Virus record (IMG/VR): IMGVR_UViG_3300027896_000001
Location: 96,001-160,000 of that record
Length of the DNA stretch: 64,000 bases
Strand: one strand, 5' to 3'
Source: a virus
A program made the position numbers and the translations under genes. Positions 18,283 through 28,123 of this stretch are shown piece by piece. The notes beneath the pieces are model-generated. The model was not told the origin of the DNA, made no database searches, and saw nothing but the letters and a program-made list of their open reading frames with translations. Every line of letters starts with the position of its first letter. Position 1 is the first letter of the stretch.

Positions 18283-19185
18283 ATGGAACGCAGAACCAGT
18301 CATTTTGAAGACCATCTCAGTGTCGTCGAAGCCGGCCACGAAAAAACCGCATCGAAACTCTCAGCAAAAGGACAAAATACAACCCTACTCGCCAAACTCG
18401 CCGCAGAACTCGGGCTTGAAGGCAATCCGCCAGTAGCAGAAGGACAGAAAGAACTTCCAGGACGCGAACCTTCAGAGGCCAGTACCGAAGTCGCTGCCGC
18501 AATGGACGGTGTCGCGAATCCGCAGCTTGTCGCGGCAGGGACAGACGTCGCGGCCCAGGCAATAGGAATGGAACCCAAGGTCGTCGGTGAGACCGATCCA
18601 GTCCTCATTGCGACAGGCGAAGGCGAAGTGACCGATGCCGAAAATCTGAACCGTACCGAAGAGGCTGTCGCGGCCGCCGGTCGCGGAGCAGGCGGGGCGC
18701 AGGAAGGAAAACTTGAAACGGCGGCTGTCAATGCTCCTGAAAAAGCGGAAGCCGAAAAAGTCGGCCAGCTTATCGCCAGATCATTCCAAGCAACGTTGGA
18801 AAAAGACGCCGCGGATATCGAGTACACGGAAGCGCTCAATTTCCTCGCTGACAGGGGTATGCTGGACAATTATACGATTCGGGATCCCGGCCTCGAAAAA
18901 GTAGCATCGGAAGAAGTTGATGCACTCGAGAAAATCGCAAGCGGTCAGCCGCTTACGAGGGATGATGTCATCGCTGCCGCTGCCCAATATATCGAGGTCG
19001 AAAAAATCGCCGAAGAGGCAGATGCTCAAGGCCGCGCGGAAGCGCACGAGCTTGTGGAACAGGTTGCCGAGGAAGAGAAGCTTGCAGAGCTTGAGAACGA
19101 AGAGCAGGAAAAAATCGCCGAGCTTATGCAGGACGAGAACGTAGTCGCCGCGGTGAAGGTTCTGAAACAGTACAACCTCCTGTAA
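18283..19185 (+). CDS. Probable scaffolding protein
   Basis: Very acidic, Ala/Glu-rich, about 8 K-x-A motifs; between protease and MCP. Confidence 0.6.
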   Translation: MERRTSHFEDHLSVVEAGHEKTASKLSAKGQNTTLLAKLAAELGLEGNPPVAEGQKELPGREPSEASTEVAAAMDGVANPQLVAAGTDVAAQAIGMEPKVVGETDPVLIATGEGEVTDAENLNRTEEAVAAAGRGAGGAQEGKLETAAVNAPEKAEAEKVGQLIARSFQATLEKDAADIEYTEALNFLADRGMLDNYTIRDPGLEKVASEEVDALEKIASGQPLTRDDVIAAAAQYIEVEKIAEEADAQGRAEAHELVEQVAEEEKLAELENEEQEKIAELMQDENVVAAVKVLKQYNLL

Positions 19186-19210
19186 TCACTCGTTGATATA
19201 GGAGCGTTCG

Positions 19211-19714
19211 ATGTTGATGAAAGAAACAAATATCGGCCGCCTTATCCTGGAAAATATCCCAATGGTTAAGGTGGCCGATAAAAATAAAAATTTCGACCCT
19301 TCCAGGGCTGTTGTAATCGCACAGGGATTGGCCAAGGTCGCATCATATCAGTACAATGAAAAGGTGTACCAGTCAGTCCAAGAAATGATGAAAATAGCCT
19401 CGGAATGTCTTGTCAATCTCAAATCCGCGTTCGACGAGGCAATGGAGAAAAATGCTCAGCTGCGCAAGGCGGCTGAAGTTCAATGCATCATAGAGGACAT
19501 GATGCTTAATGGCCTTGTTGGAGAACACGAAGTTCAAGAGAAGGTCGCCGAACTTATGGGCAAAACTCCTGAAAAGCTTGAAATAATGAAAGAGGCTGTC
19601 AAGCTTGCCAGTGGCGGAAAGAGTGGAAATATTTTTTCATTGGAAGCGGATTCTCCTATAATTAAAACCGCTTCTCAGAAACCTGGTATTTTTGATTCGG
19701 TAATTCCACAGTAA
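19211..19714 (+). CDS. Probable scaffold/head assembly protein
   Basis: Helical; about 7 K-x-A motifs. Confidence 0.55.
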   Translation: MLMKETNIGRLILENIPMVKVADKNKNFDPSRAVVIAQGLAKVASYQYNEKVYQSVQEMMKIASECLVNLKSAFDEAMEKNAQLRKAAEVQCIIEDMMLNGLVGEHEVQEKVAELMGKTPEKLEIMKEAVKLASGGKSGNIFSLEADSPIIKTASQKPGIFDSVIPQ

Positions 19715-19735
19715 TCACAAACAAAGGAGTATCAC

Positions 19736-20257
19736 ATGTTGGAAATTCTTACCCCACTTAATAAGTGCGAACGCGTATCTCGGCAGATCGCCCCTGCAAC
19801 ATTTGTTGCAAAACCGGGCGAATGGGCTCAGGTTGAGTCCGACGGTTCACTGATCAATGTAGAGGCCGGCGTAAATGCAAAAATCAACAAACTCGTTATT
19901 GGCAGTGCATCATCGAACCAATACGAGTCTCATGACGTTGAGGTGGGGCGCATCACCTCGATGGAAAGCCATGGAATCCGCTGCAAGGTCGATACTGTTG
20001 GTTTTCACGATGTTGTTTCCCAGGGCGACGAACTCGTCGTTTCGAGCGCGTCGGATTCCCTTGGCAAACTGATGTCGGTCAACAGGGCAGCTTCGGGAAC
20101 ATACGAGGTTGTTGCAAGGGCAGAAGAAGTGAATCTCACAACCGGCTATCTCATTTTCAGAACCGTGTCTCCGTATATGAAGGCCGTTTCTCACGCAAGT
20201 ACGAGCGCGAGTGCTTCGGCCAGCCCGTCGGCAAGTGTGTCGGCGAGTCCTTCCTAG
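19736..20257 (+). CDS. Capsid decoration/cement protein with C-terminal Ser-rich tail
   Basis: Immediately upstream of MCP; beta-rich; ends [21 protein letters not shown]; paralog of 22754-23470. Confidence 0.6.
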   Translation: MLEILTPLNKCERVSRQIAPATFVAKPGEWAQVESDGSLINVEAGVNAKINKLVIGSASSNQYESHDVEVGRITSMESHGIRCKVDTVGFHDVVSQGDELVVSSASDSLGKLMSVNRAASGTYEVVARAEEVNLTTGYLIFRTVSPYMKAVSHASTSASASASPSASVSASPS

Positions 20258-20358
20258 TCAATAAAAAGGTTGGGGCCGTACCTTTAAATCGGCCCACGTT
20301 TAACTGAACGAAATCAGTAAAACTAAAAGTTTCTAAACCAAATTAAAAGGAGCCAAGT

Positions 20359-21387
20359 ATGTTGCGAGATCTTTCTGCGGTCCAGTTTAACGAGGCCTTC
20401 CTCGAAAAAATTGCGACCATTGAAGGGCAGGCGCAACTTACAGAGGCCGGTCGTCAATACGTCAAGACCGAGCTTCTGGAAGCTGCGTTTTCGCGCGCGA
20501 TAATTCCCCAGGAACCAGTCACGACATCTGATTGTCAGAGGAACATCAACGACAATTCCCTGTACATCATTCGCGACATCGAACCCGAGGCAGCGGCCGT
20601 CGGCGTCGACAACCTGGGTGAGCCCAATGGCAAATACGTGAAGGGTGAAAGGTACATCATCCCGATCGTGAACTTTGCCACAAACCGGTTCCAGATCACC
20701 GTGGAAGACCTTCGTGCGTACCAGTACAAAATCACGAAGCGTATCGAGGACAAATCGGTGCCAGTCCTCGAAAAATTGGAAGACAAGTTCTTCCTTCGTC
20801 TCGTCGGCGCCGCTGTTGGTGTTGCCTCTGCCGGTTCCCAAAAAGCCGTTGCATACGCGGCCGGCGACAACACTCTGGAAATTTCGACACGCGACATCGT
20901 CAAGATCAAGAACACTCTCGCGTCTGGCATCAATGGCAGCGATGCAAAGCGCAAAGAGGTCGGCTGCATTCTCATGTGCCAGGAAGCATTCGAAACCGCA
21001 GTCATTCTGCCGAGTGCCGGCGATGACTTCGGTAAGGACCGTGTTCTGAATGGTATCTCTTCGGATACCCTCTTCGGAACAAAGGTCGTTCGGACAATCA
21101 AGAGCGATGTTCTGCCGCGCGGCCACATGTGGGCCTTCACGACCCCGGACTTTTTCGGCCACAATTTCGCATTGGGCGATCCCAATTTCGAAATCAAGTC
21201 GAACTTCGGGCTCATCGAATGGCAGACGAAGGAATCAATCGGAATGGGTATCGGGAACGCCCTTTCCGCAGCGCTTATGACTCTCAAGGGTTCCGTGAAT
21301 CCGGGCGGGTCGACCCCTCTCGTGGTTACATCAGACGGAACAGTTCCTCAGGCAATTCTGGATTACTACGCTTCTCTAAAGGTGTAA
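20359..21387 (+). CDS. Major capsid protein
   Basis: 342 aa, strong SD, strongly biased C-ending codons, follows protease/scaffold/decoration, followed by a terminator; N-terminal LEKIA. Confidence 0.75.
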   Translation: MLRDLSAVQFNEAFLEKIATIEGQAQLTEAGRQYVKTELLEAAFSRAIIPQEPVTTSDCQRNINDNSLYIIRDIEPEAAAVGVDNLGEPNGKYVKGERYIIPIVNFATNRFQITVEDLRAYQYKITKRIEDKSVPVLEKLEDKFFLRLVGAAVGVASAGSQKAVAYAAGDNTLEISTRDIVKIKNTLASGINGSDAKRKEVGCILMCQEAFETAVILPSAGDDFGKDRVLNGISSDTLFGTKVVRTIKSDVLPRGHMWAFTTPDFFGHNFALGDPNFEIKSNFGLIEWQTKESIGMGIGNALSAALMTLKGSVNPGGSTPLVVTSDGTVPQAILDYYASLKV

Positions 21388-21413
21388 GCCTGAAAGAAAG
21401 CGTATCGTTGGCG

Positions 21414-21448
21414 AAAAAAAAGGCCTGGCCCATCGGCCGGGCCTTTTT
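21414..21448 (+). terminator. Intrinsic terminator after MCP
   Basis: AAGGCCTGGCC/GGCCGGGCCTT stem flanked by A and T tracts. Confidence 0.8.
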
Positions 21449-21471
21449 GACAAGAAATAAGAAGGTTTATT

Positions 21472-21963
21472 ATGGCACTATCATTAAGCGAATATAGAGA
21501 TGCGTTGCGCACGTTTCTTAAGGATAGCCCTGAACTAAATAGATTGTTAAAATTTGAAAAAGAAAACACAGATCCTCAATTGGATCTTTATTTAAATATG
21601 GCAATTGGTTTCTTGAATTCAATTCCACCTTACATAGGGCCGTTTAGTTGGGAAAATTTTCCGATACCAAATCTTGTAATACATCAAGCCACAATTGAAT
21701 CTTTAATATCAAATAGTATTGTTCAGGCAAGAAATGAATTAACTTATAATAACGGCGGCGTCACTCTTAAAGTTGCAGACGGCGCAAGATACGTCACGAT
21801 TATTCAATTAATATATCGCGCAACCGATCAGGAAATAAGCGCATTGAAAAACATAAAAATAGCCATCAATATTCAACAGGGATATGGCGGCGTTTCAAGC
21901 CCATATTCCTATTTGCATGGAAGATCAGCAATTCTTAATCCCAATTCAATATTGGCTGGATAA
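21472..21963 (+). CDS. Probable head-tail adaptor
   Basis: Position after MCP; size; helical N-terminus. Confidence 0.55.
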   Translation: MALSLSEYRDALRTFLKDSPELNRLLKFEKENTDPQLDLYLNMAIGFLNSIPPYIGPFSWENFPIPNLVIHQATIESLISNSIVQARNELTYNNGGVTLKVADGARYVTIIQLIYRATDQEISALKNIKIAINIQQGYGGVSSPYSYLHGRSAILNPNSILAG

Positions 21964-21979
21964 TTAAAAAGGAGTATTC

Positions 21980-22720
21980 ATGGAACAGACAACTCTTAAA
22001 AAACAGGCTTGTGATGCAGGCAGAAGAGCAGCTTCTGCAGCTAAAAAAAGCATGCCTATGAAAAAACTCGCCCAAGGAGATTCAACAGCTTTTGACGAAC
22101 GTGTTCCATCAAACGATGTAGGAATGCAAATGTCAGAAACTCAAGGTCAACCCCAGCCAATGAAAGAAGCTGACCTTGCTCCTGGTTCAGATCAATATGC
22201 AGCCGTTCCAAACGCAGAAGGATTTCAAAATGCGGAAGGAATGGATGAAGGATTGCCGGCTGCGCCCCCGGAGATGATAGGGGCGGCCCATTCGTTTTTA
22301 GGCCCGGATGTCATGCAGGCCGCAATAGGAGGCGACCCAAACGCTCAGGACCTCATAGCGCGAACAGCAGCGCAGGTAGGAAGCGCTTTCATGACTATGT
22401 CTGCCAATACCCAGCCTCAGCAGGATATGGGCGCACAGCCAGGCATGGAGGGCATGGAAGGTCAGGAACAGGCTCAGATGGCTCCGCCAGCAATTACCTC
22501 TCCTGAAGAGGATTTGGCGGCCGAACTGGTGCCAAATGTGATTTCTCCAGTCCCACAGGCCGGAATGAATCAAGGGATGGCAGAACCAATTCCTGGTCAG
22601 TCCGCTCCAGAAGGGGCAGCTCCTGCCGAAGGAGAGCCAGAAGGTGAAGGAGAAAATCAGAAAGTCGATATAGGAACTGTTGCAAAATTAATCAATCTTG
22701 CGAAAGCAGGAAAAATTTAA
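21980..22720 (+). CDS. Low-complexity Pro/Gln/Ala/Met-rich protein
   Basis: SD AAGGAG; likely disordered; KKQA and KKLA motifs. Confidence 0.65.
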   Translation: MEQTTLKKQACDAGRRAASAAKKSMPMKKLAQGDSTAFDERVPSNDVGMQMSETQGQPQPMKEADLAPGSDQYAAVPNAEGFQNAEGMDEGLPAAPPEMIGAAHSFLGPDVMQAAIGGDPNAQDLIARTAAQVGSAFMTMSANTQPQQDMGAQPGMEGMEGQEQAQMAPPAITSPEEDLAAELVPNVISPVPQAGMNQGMAEPIPGQSAPEGAAPAEGEPEGEGENQKVDIGTVAKLINLAKAGKI

Positions 22721-22753
22721 TCTGAATTTTCAATCAACTTAAAGGAGAAACCT

Positions 22754-23470
22754 ATGGCAGATTCACCGTCAATCAGCCCGTCAGCTTCTGAAAGCACATC
22801 GGTAAGTCCCTCAGGGTCAGCCAGCGCATCGGTAAGTCCCTCAGGGTCAGCCAGCGCATCAGTAAGCCCCTCAGGGTCAGCCAGCGCATCAGTAAGTCCC
22901 TCGGGGTCGGCCAGCGCATCAGTAAGTCCTTCCGGATCGGGAAGTCCTTCCGGATCAAAAAGCCCGTCCGCGTCACCAAGCGCTTCGCCGTCTGCGGCAA
23001 TACCGGAAAAACCCATGCTCGAAATTTTAACACTGATGGAAAAGATCGAAAGGGTTTCCCGGTCGATAGAGTCAAGTTTTGTGGCCTACCCAGGACTCTG
23101 GGCGGTACTCAATAATGACGGCTCGATCGAAAACATCACAGAAGGGTCGAATGCGAAGGTTAATAAACTCGTTATTGGATCCAAGTCATCCAGTGTCTAC
23201 GAGTCGCATGACACCGCGGTCGGAAGAATAACGACCATGGAAAGTCATGGCACAAGATGCAAAGTCAATTCCGGCGGATTCTACGGCAAAGTAAACCAGG
23301 GCGACAGGCTTGTGGTTTCGAGCTTTGCCAATTCACTCGGCAAGCTTGTATCCGTTGAAGAAACCGCAGAAACAGGAGATCATGAAATAGTTGCGCGGTG
23401 CGAAGAGGTCGATCCAAACGGCGATTGGATCGTCTTCAGGACAATGTCGCCAACAATCGTTTCTCTTTGA
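22754..23470 (+). CDS. Decoration protein paralog with N-terminal Ser-rich repeats
   Basis: From MLEILT onward aligns with 19736-20257 (NKLVIGS, YESHD, GRIT.MESHG.RCKV). Confidence 0.7.
   Translation: MADSPSISPSASESTSVSPSGSASASVSPSGSASASVSPSGSASASVSPSGSASASVSPSGSGSPSGSKSPSASPSASPSAAIPEKPMLEILTLMEKIERVSRSIESSFVAYPGLWAVLNNDGSIENITEGSNAKVNKLVIGSKSSSVYESHDTAVGRITTMESHGTRCKVNSGGFYGKVNQGDRLVVSSFANSLGKLVSVEETAETGDHEIVARCEEVDPNGDWIVFRTMSPTIVSL
22796..22930 (+). repeat. 30-bp tandem repeat (~4.5 copies) encoding [10 protein letters not shown]
   Basis: GCATC(G/A)GTAAG(T/C)CCCTCAGGGTCAGCCAGC units. Confidence 0.85.
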
Positions 23471-23495
23471 TAATTAAAACATTTTTAAAGTCCAT

Positions 23496-23534
23496 AGAGG
23501 CAATAATACTATTTATCGTACTATTGCCTCTTTT
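23496..23534 (+). terminator. Intrinsic terminator
   Basis: AGAGGCAATA/TATTGCCTCT stem followed by Ts. Confidence 0.6.
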
Positions 23535-23554
23535 GGCTTAATAAGGTAGATAAG

Positions 23555-24319
23555 ATGCGTTTGACAATAGGTATGCCAAGTTATAATAATTTTTCTGAAG
23601 TCTGGTTTACCATTCAGGCTTTAAGAATGTATCATAACTTAAAAGATTGTGAAATACTTGTAGTCGATAATTTTGGTGAAAAAAACATGGAAAAATTTAT
23701 AAAACAAAATGGTAAAGGAATAGTTAGATATGAAAAATTTGTAGATCGCGTAGGAACAAGTTGTGCTAAAAATAAGATATTCGAACTGGCAAAAGGCGAA
23801 ATGGTTATTTGCATGGATTCTCATGTTTTACTTAAACCCGGGGCTCTTGATAATATTCCTGTTACAGATGACTTGATCCATGGCCCATTAATATACGCCA
23901 GTACAAATTATTATTGTTGTGAATGGCTGCCGGTATGGCGCGGGAATATGTGGGGAATATGGGGAAAAAGTGTTACAAAACTGCCAGACAAACCATTCGA
24001 AATATGGGGAATGGGGTGTGGATTTTTTTTAACAAAAAAAAGCAGTTGGCTTGGTTACAATAAAAACTTTAAAGGATTCGGAGGAGAACAAGGATATCTT
24101 CACGAAAAATACAGAAAAGCAGGAAGAAAAGTATGGTGCTATCCTCAGTTCGTATGGATGCACATGTTTGATAGAAAAATACCTTATCCATTAGATATGT
24201 CATTAAGAGTGAGGAATTACATTATAGGATTTCAAGAATTAGGGCTTGATACCACTCCAATAAAACAGCATTACGGAGAAAAACTTTTTACAGAAGCAAT
24301 GGCTAAAATAAATGGATAA
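23555..24319 (+). CDS. Glycosyltransferase, GT2/GT-A fold
   Basis: LTIGMPSYN, LVVDN, AKG...CMDSH, GFGGE motifs. Confidence 0.8.
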   Translation: MRLTIGMPSYNNFSEVWFTIQALRMYHNLKDCEILVVDNFGEKNMEKFIKQNGKGIVRYEKFVDRVGTSCAKNKIFELAKGEMVICMDSHVLLKPGALDNIPVTDDLIHGPLIYASTNYYCCEWLPVWRGNMWGIWGKSVTKLPDKPFEIWGMGCGFFLTKKSSWLGYNKNFKGFGGEQGYLHEKYRKAGRKVWCYPQFVWMHMFDRKIPYPLDMSLRVRNYIIGFQELGLDTTPIKQHYGEKLFTEAMAKING

Positions 24320-25043
24320 ATTAATAAGCGCGCTTTGCATTACTTATGGAAGGCCCAAATTGCTGGAAGAAGCAATTGAAAGCTTTCTCAGGCAGGATTA
24401 TGCAAACAAAGAAATGGTCATTGTAAATGATCTTCCTGAACAGGAATTGGTTTTCGATCATCCTCGAATAAGAATTTTTAATCTTAAAAAACGGGTTGAA
24501 ACAATAGGGGAAAAAAGAAATATCGCCGTTAAGCTGGCAATGGGAAGCATCGTTATTTGCTGGGATGATGACGATATAAATCTTCCATGGCGGATGTCTC
24601 AGGTTATGAATGTATTTAATTCTGATAAAAACATTAAATATTTTAATTTAAAAACAAAATGGTTATGGAGAAAAAACAATCTATCATTTAAACAAAGTTT
24701 GTGTGTTGGATTGCCGGCAATAGATAAAAAAACTCTTTTATATATTGGTGGATATAATTCATTAATAAGGGGAGAAGATACCGATTTAAATAAAAGAATA
24801 GCATTCAATTTGTTGTCACAAAATATTAAATTAATAGCTTTTTCAAAAGAAGAATGCCCAATTATTTATCGACAACATACAGGGTATTATCATCTTTCTT
24901 CAGTAAGCCACAAACCTGATGCAATGAAAATTATAGAAGATTCTGTAAAATCAAAACCAATTAGCGAGATAGTTGTTCTTAACCCTCATTGGGAACAGGA
25001 CTGGTTGCAATTAACCAAGGAGGCGACATGTTATCAAAAATAA
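24312..25043 (+). CDS. Glycosyltransferase family 2
   Basis: TYGRP.LL.EAIESFL.QDY, VND, IGEKRN, WDDDD, GED. Confidence 0.85.
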   Translation: MDKLISALCITYGRPKLLEEAIESFLRQDYANKEMVIVNDLPEQELVFDHPRIRIFNLKKRVETIGEKRNIAVKLAMGSIVICWDDDDINLPWRMSQVMNVFNSDKNIKYFNLKTKWLWRKNNLSFKQSLCVGLPAIDKKTLLYIGGYNSLIRGEDTDLNKRIAFNLLSQNIKLIAFSKEECPIIYRQHTGYYHLSSVSHKPDAMKIIEDSVKSKPISEIVVLNPHWEQDWLQLTKEATCYQK

Positions 25044-25609
25044 CACAAAATTTTTTCTACAATGAATTTCGTCCAGCTGGTGCTCCTGTTACGTGGATGC
25101 CAATTTCTGATTATCAAAATATATTGATCACAATGCTGGCAAACAACCTGCAAATAGTACGGTCATCTATGCCTCCAGGGTCCACTATGACAATTTCATG
25201 TGGAGTAAGAGTTCTGTCAGATTTTAATCGTTTAGTAAGTCAGGGATATCATCCGTCTCCTACGAGCGATCATTTTTGTGGAAATGCTGTGCCGGTAGAT
25301 TCTATTTCAGATAAATTCAAAAGGTATGGTCCTGTATATTATTTTTCAGTAGGAGCCGCGGATATAATTCCAAACGGAATGGATAACGATTTATTATTCA
25401 GAATGGCAGTGCAAATGACATTAAGAGGAGTATGCAGATTCGGACAGATAATTAATGAACAGGATATTAAAAAAGGCACAAAATGGGTCCACTTCTCAAA
25501 TGATTATTCGAGTATATTCTCATCTGATATGGTTAAGTTTCTTAATAAACAGCCTTTTTTAACAACAATCGATGGAGGACTTACTTATACGCCATATCTT
25601 CCGGTATAG
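25028..25609 (+). CDS. Peptidase M15 family zinc peptidase (candidate endolysin)
   Basis: S.G.R, SDH..G.A, AADI, WVH motifs; ATG 25028 with AGGAGG SD. Confidence 0.75.
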   Translation: MLSKITQNFFYNEFRPAGAPVTWMPISDYQNILITMLANNLQIVRSSMPPGSTMTISCGVRVLSDFNRLVSQGYHPSPTSDHFCGNAVPVDSISDKFKRYGPVYYFSVGAADIIPNGMDNDLLFRMAVQMTLRGVCRFGQIINEQDIKKGTKWVHFSNDYSSIFSSDMVKFLNKQPFLTTIDGGLTYTPYLPV

Positions 25610-25658
25610 ATTTTTACTCTGTTAATTTGTATAATTAAAATAAACGCTTGGATCAACT

Positions 25659-27230
25659 ATGCAATTCACATCTGTAGACGTTGTAAAAACAAAAGAAAAT
25701 TTTTATTATATTGAATGGGGATTTGCTCCAACAACCACGACTCCAGTTCCAACAACAGAGGCCCCTACAACTCCAGAACCGTTGGTTACCACTACCCCAG
25801 AACCGCATCATCCAGGCGGATTGCCTACCACTACCACCATGCCCCCGCTGTTTGATACAACGACTACGCCTGCGCCGGAATCTCCATCAACATCTCCATC
25901 AAGCAGCGCATCATCATCTGCCAGCCCTTCTCCTCCTCCAGAATCAGTTGATGATTATAATTTCCAAATATGGTGGAGCAGGGATCCTATTTCAGGATTT
26001 CTTGCTGTTCAAGATGTTAATGGGGATCCAATTGTAATAGATGGCGCGGTAGGTCCGCTTTGTTATACGCATCAAATACGTCAATACGATTTTAATCAAG
26101 ATAATTATTATAAAATTCTTGCTATAAAAAAAGTTGAATTAACTCAATTTTTCTCTGAAACTGTTTTTATCGGAATGTTCAGCGACGGCATTCATGAGGT
26201 AATGAAATACAATGAAGAACTTCTTTACCAGCATTATCAAGGCGAACCATGTCTTATAATCAAAAGAAAAAGCTTTGGCGCGCGTTGCCCTGTATGCTGG
26301 TCTAAAGAACGCCAACAAATGATAAGATCTCATTGCGATACATGTAAGGGAACCGGATTTGTTACAGGATATTATCAAGCAATTAGAGAACAGGTTTCCT
26401 TTGATTCGGATCCTAAAAAATCTGATTCTCAAAAAGAATGGGAAAATGTATATGACACAATAAGGGCAAGGTTATCAAATTATCCTTTAGTGAGGCCAAA
26501 GGATTTAATTGTAAATCTTGACAATAATAAAAGATTCGTTATCACTCATGTTGAAACAACAAAGCTTCCAAAATTAAGCGAAAGCAAACAGGTACTTTCA
26601 AAACAAAATTATATTTTAAGTCAATTACTCACCCTCGAAGAACTTAATCCGGATGATAATGAATATTTCATAGATGTGGACCATATTCCTGAAGTTCCGC
26701 AAGGGGATGAAGGTGGAACAGGAAGCACTATTCCGTTTTTTAATGATCATCTTCCGGTAACGGTTGATCCTCCATTATCAATTACAGACAACCATCAACA
26801 TGTAGTTTTAAATTACAGTTCGGATGATTTTAAATTAATAAATGGAATACTGGCTCTTAAAAACAGCACCGGATCGATAGGCACGGAAAGTTATATAGCC
26901 GCAGAGGTAATAGCGCCCGCTCTGAAAGTAGTTATTACAAACGGAGATGGAACAATATCTATTGCAGATTCTTCAGACAAAACGCAGGTTGATAAAGTTG
27001 TAGGAATAACATTGAGTGAAGCGGCTATGGGAGGATTGGTTGTTGTTCAAAAACTTGGAAAACTTGTGAATGTATCATGGAATTGGACAATAGGAAAAGG
27101 AATATTTTTTGATGATAATGGCAATTTAACCCAAACAGTTCCAGTAGGAGGTTATTGGATGAACATCGCAAAAGTGATAACTCCAACTATAATAGAGATT
27201 CTTTTACGACTTCCGGTAATACGGGTTTAG
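25659..27230 (+). CDS. Probable neck/head-closure protein with Pro/Thr/Ser-rich insertion and C-terminal appendage domain
   Basis: GE...I.KRK..G.RC.VCW...C.TC.GTG..GY motif typical of large-phage neck proteins; PTT/SPS insert near the N-terminus. Confidence 0.55.
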   Translation: MQFTSVDVVKTKENFYYIEWGFAPTTTTPVPTTEAPTTPEPLVTTTPEPHHPGGLPTTTTMPPLFDTTTTPAPESPSTSPSSSASSSASPSPPPESVDDYNFQIWWSRDPISGFLAVQDVNGDPIVIDGAVGPLCYTHQIRQYDFNQDNYYKILAIKKVELTQFFSETVFIGMFSDGIHEVMKYNEELLYQHYQGEPCLIIKRKSFGARCPVCWSKERQQMIRSHCDTCKGTGFVTGYYQAIREQVSFDSDPKKSDSQKEWENVYDTIRARLSNYPLVRPKDLIVNLDNNKRFVITHVETTKLPKLSESKQVLSKQNYILSQLLTLEELNPDDNEYFIDVDHIPEVPQGDEGGTGSTIPFFNDHLPVTVDPPLSITDNHQHVVLNYSSDDFKLINGILALKNSTGSIGTESYIAAEVIAPALKVVITNGDGTISIADSSDKTQVDKVVGITLSEAAMGGLVVVQKLGKLVNVSWNWTIGKGIFFDDNGNLTQTVPVGGYWMNIAKVITPTIIEILLRLPVIRV

Positions 27231-27241
27231 GAGAGTGACAC

Positions 27242-28123
27242 ATGCCAAAAACCAGTGTTATCATACCATCCAGAAATGAAAGATTTCTACAAAAAACAAT
27301 TGATGATATTCTTTCAAAAGCTACAAAAGATATTGAGGTCATAGCTGTTCTTGACGGCTATTGGCCAAATCCAGCATTAAAAGAACATAAAAATTTAATA
27401 CTAATCCATGTAACAGATCCGAGGGGAATGAGGCCGGCAATCAATTCTGCCGCTCAAATAGCGCGTGGAAAATATTTAATGAAACTAGATGCTCATTGTA
27501 TGGTCGATAAAGGGTTTGATGAAAAATTAATGGCGGACTGTGATGACAACTGGATTGTCGTTCCAAGAAGATACAGTCTTGAGCCGGAAAAATGGGAAAT
27601 AGCTAAAACTGGAAAAGCCCCTGTTGATTGTCATTATCTTTCTTATCCATATCTGAAACCGGAAGAAATCGGAATGCATGGAGTCCCATGGACCGAAAGA
27701 GCTAAGGCAAGGATTGATATTTTAATAGACGAAGAAATGTCCTCTCAAGGTTCTTGCTGGTTCATGCGCAAAGATTATTTCTGGAAATTTGGCGGAATGA
27801 GCTGTGAGGGATATGGAAATTTTGTTCAAGAGGCTCAGGAGCTTGGATTGAGAGCGTGGCTATCTGATGGAAAAATGATGGTTAATAAAAAAACATGGTA
27901 CGCGCATCTTCACAAGGGGAAAACATATGGAAGAGGATATTATATATCACAACCTAAAATGGTTGCAGGCGCAATATATTGCGCAAATTTTTGGATGAGC
28001 AATAAATGGAAAGAAAGAAAACACGATATGGAATGGTTTATAAATAAATTTTGGCCCGTTCCAACGTGGCCTGAAAACTGGAAAGAACTTCGATTTAATA
28101 AGGAAACAAATGAATACTCTTGA
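27242..28123 (+). CDS. Glycosyltransferase family 2
   Basis: SVIIPSRNE, VLDG, KLDAH; paralog of the N-domain of 31918-33531. Confidence 0.85.
   Translation: MPKTSVIIPSRNERFLQKTIDDILSKATKDIEVIAVLDGYWPNPALKEHKNLILIHVTDPRGMRPAINSAAQIARGKYLMKLDAHCMVDKGFDEKLMADCDDNWIVVPRRYSLEPEKWEIAKTGKAPVDCHYLSYPYLKPEEIGMHGVPWTERAKARIDILIDEEMSSQGSCWFMRKDYFWKFGGMSCEGYGNFVQEAQELGLRAWLSDGKMMVNKKTWYAHLHKGKTYGRGYYISQPKMVAGAIYCANFWMSNKWKERKHDMEWFINKFWPVPTWPENWKELRFNKETNEYS

Noticed and set aside
20323-21287. Long antisense ORFs over the MCP and scaffold (18300-18869)
   Set aside because: Expected from strong codon bias of highly expressed genes
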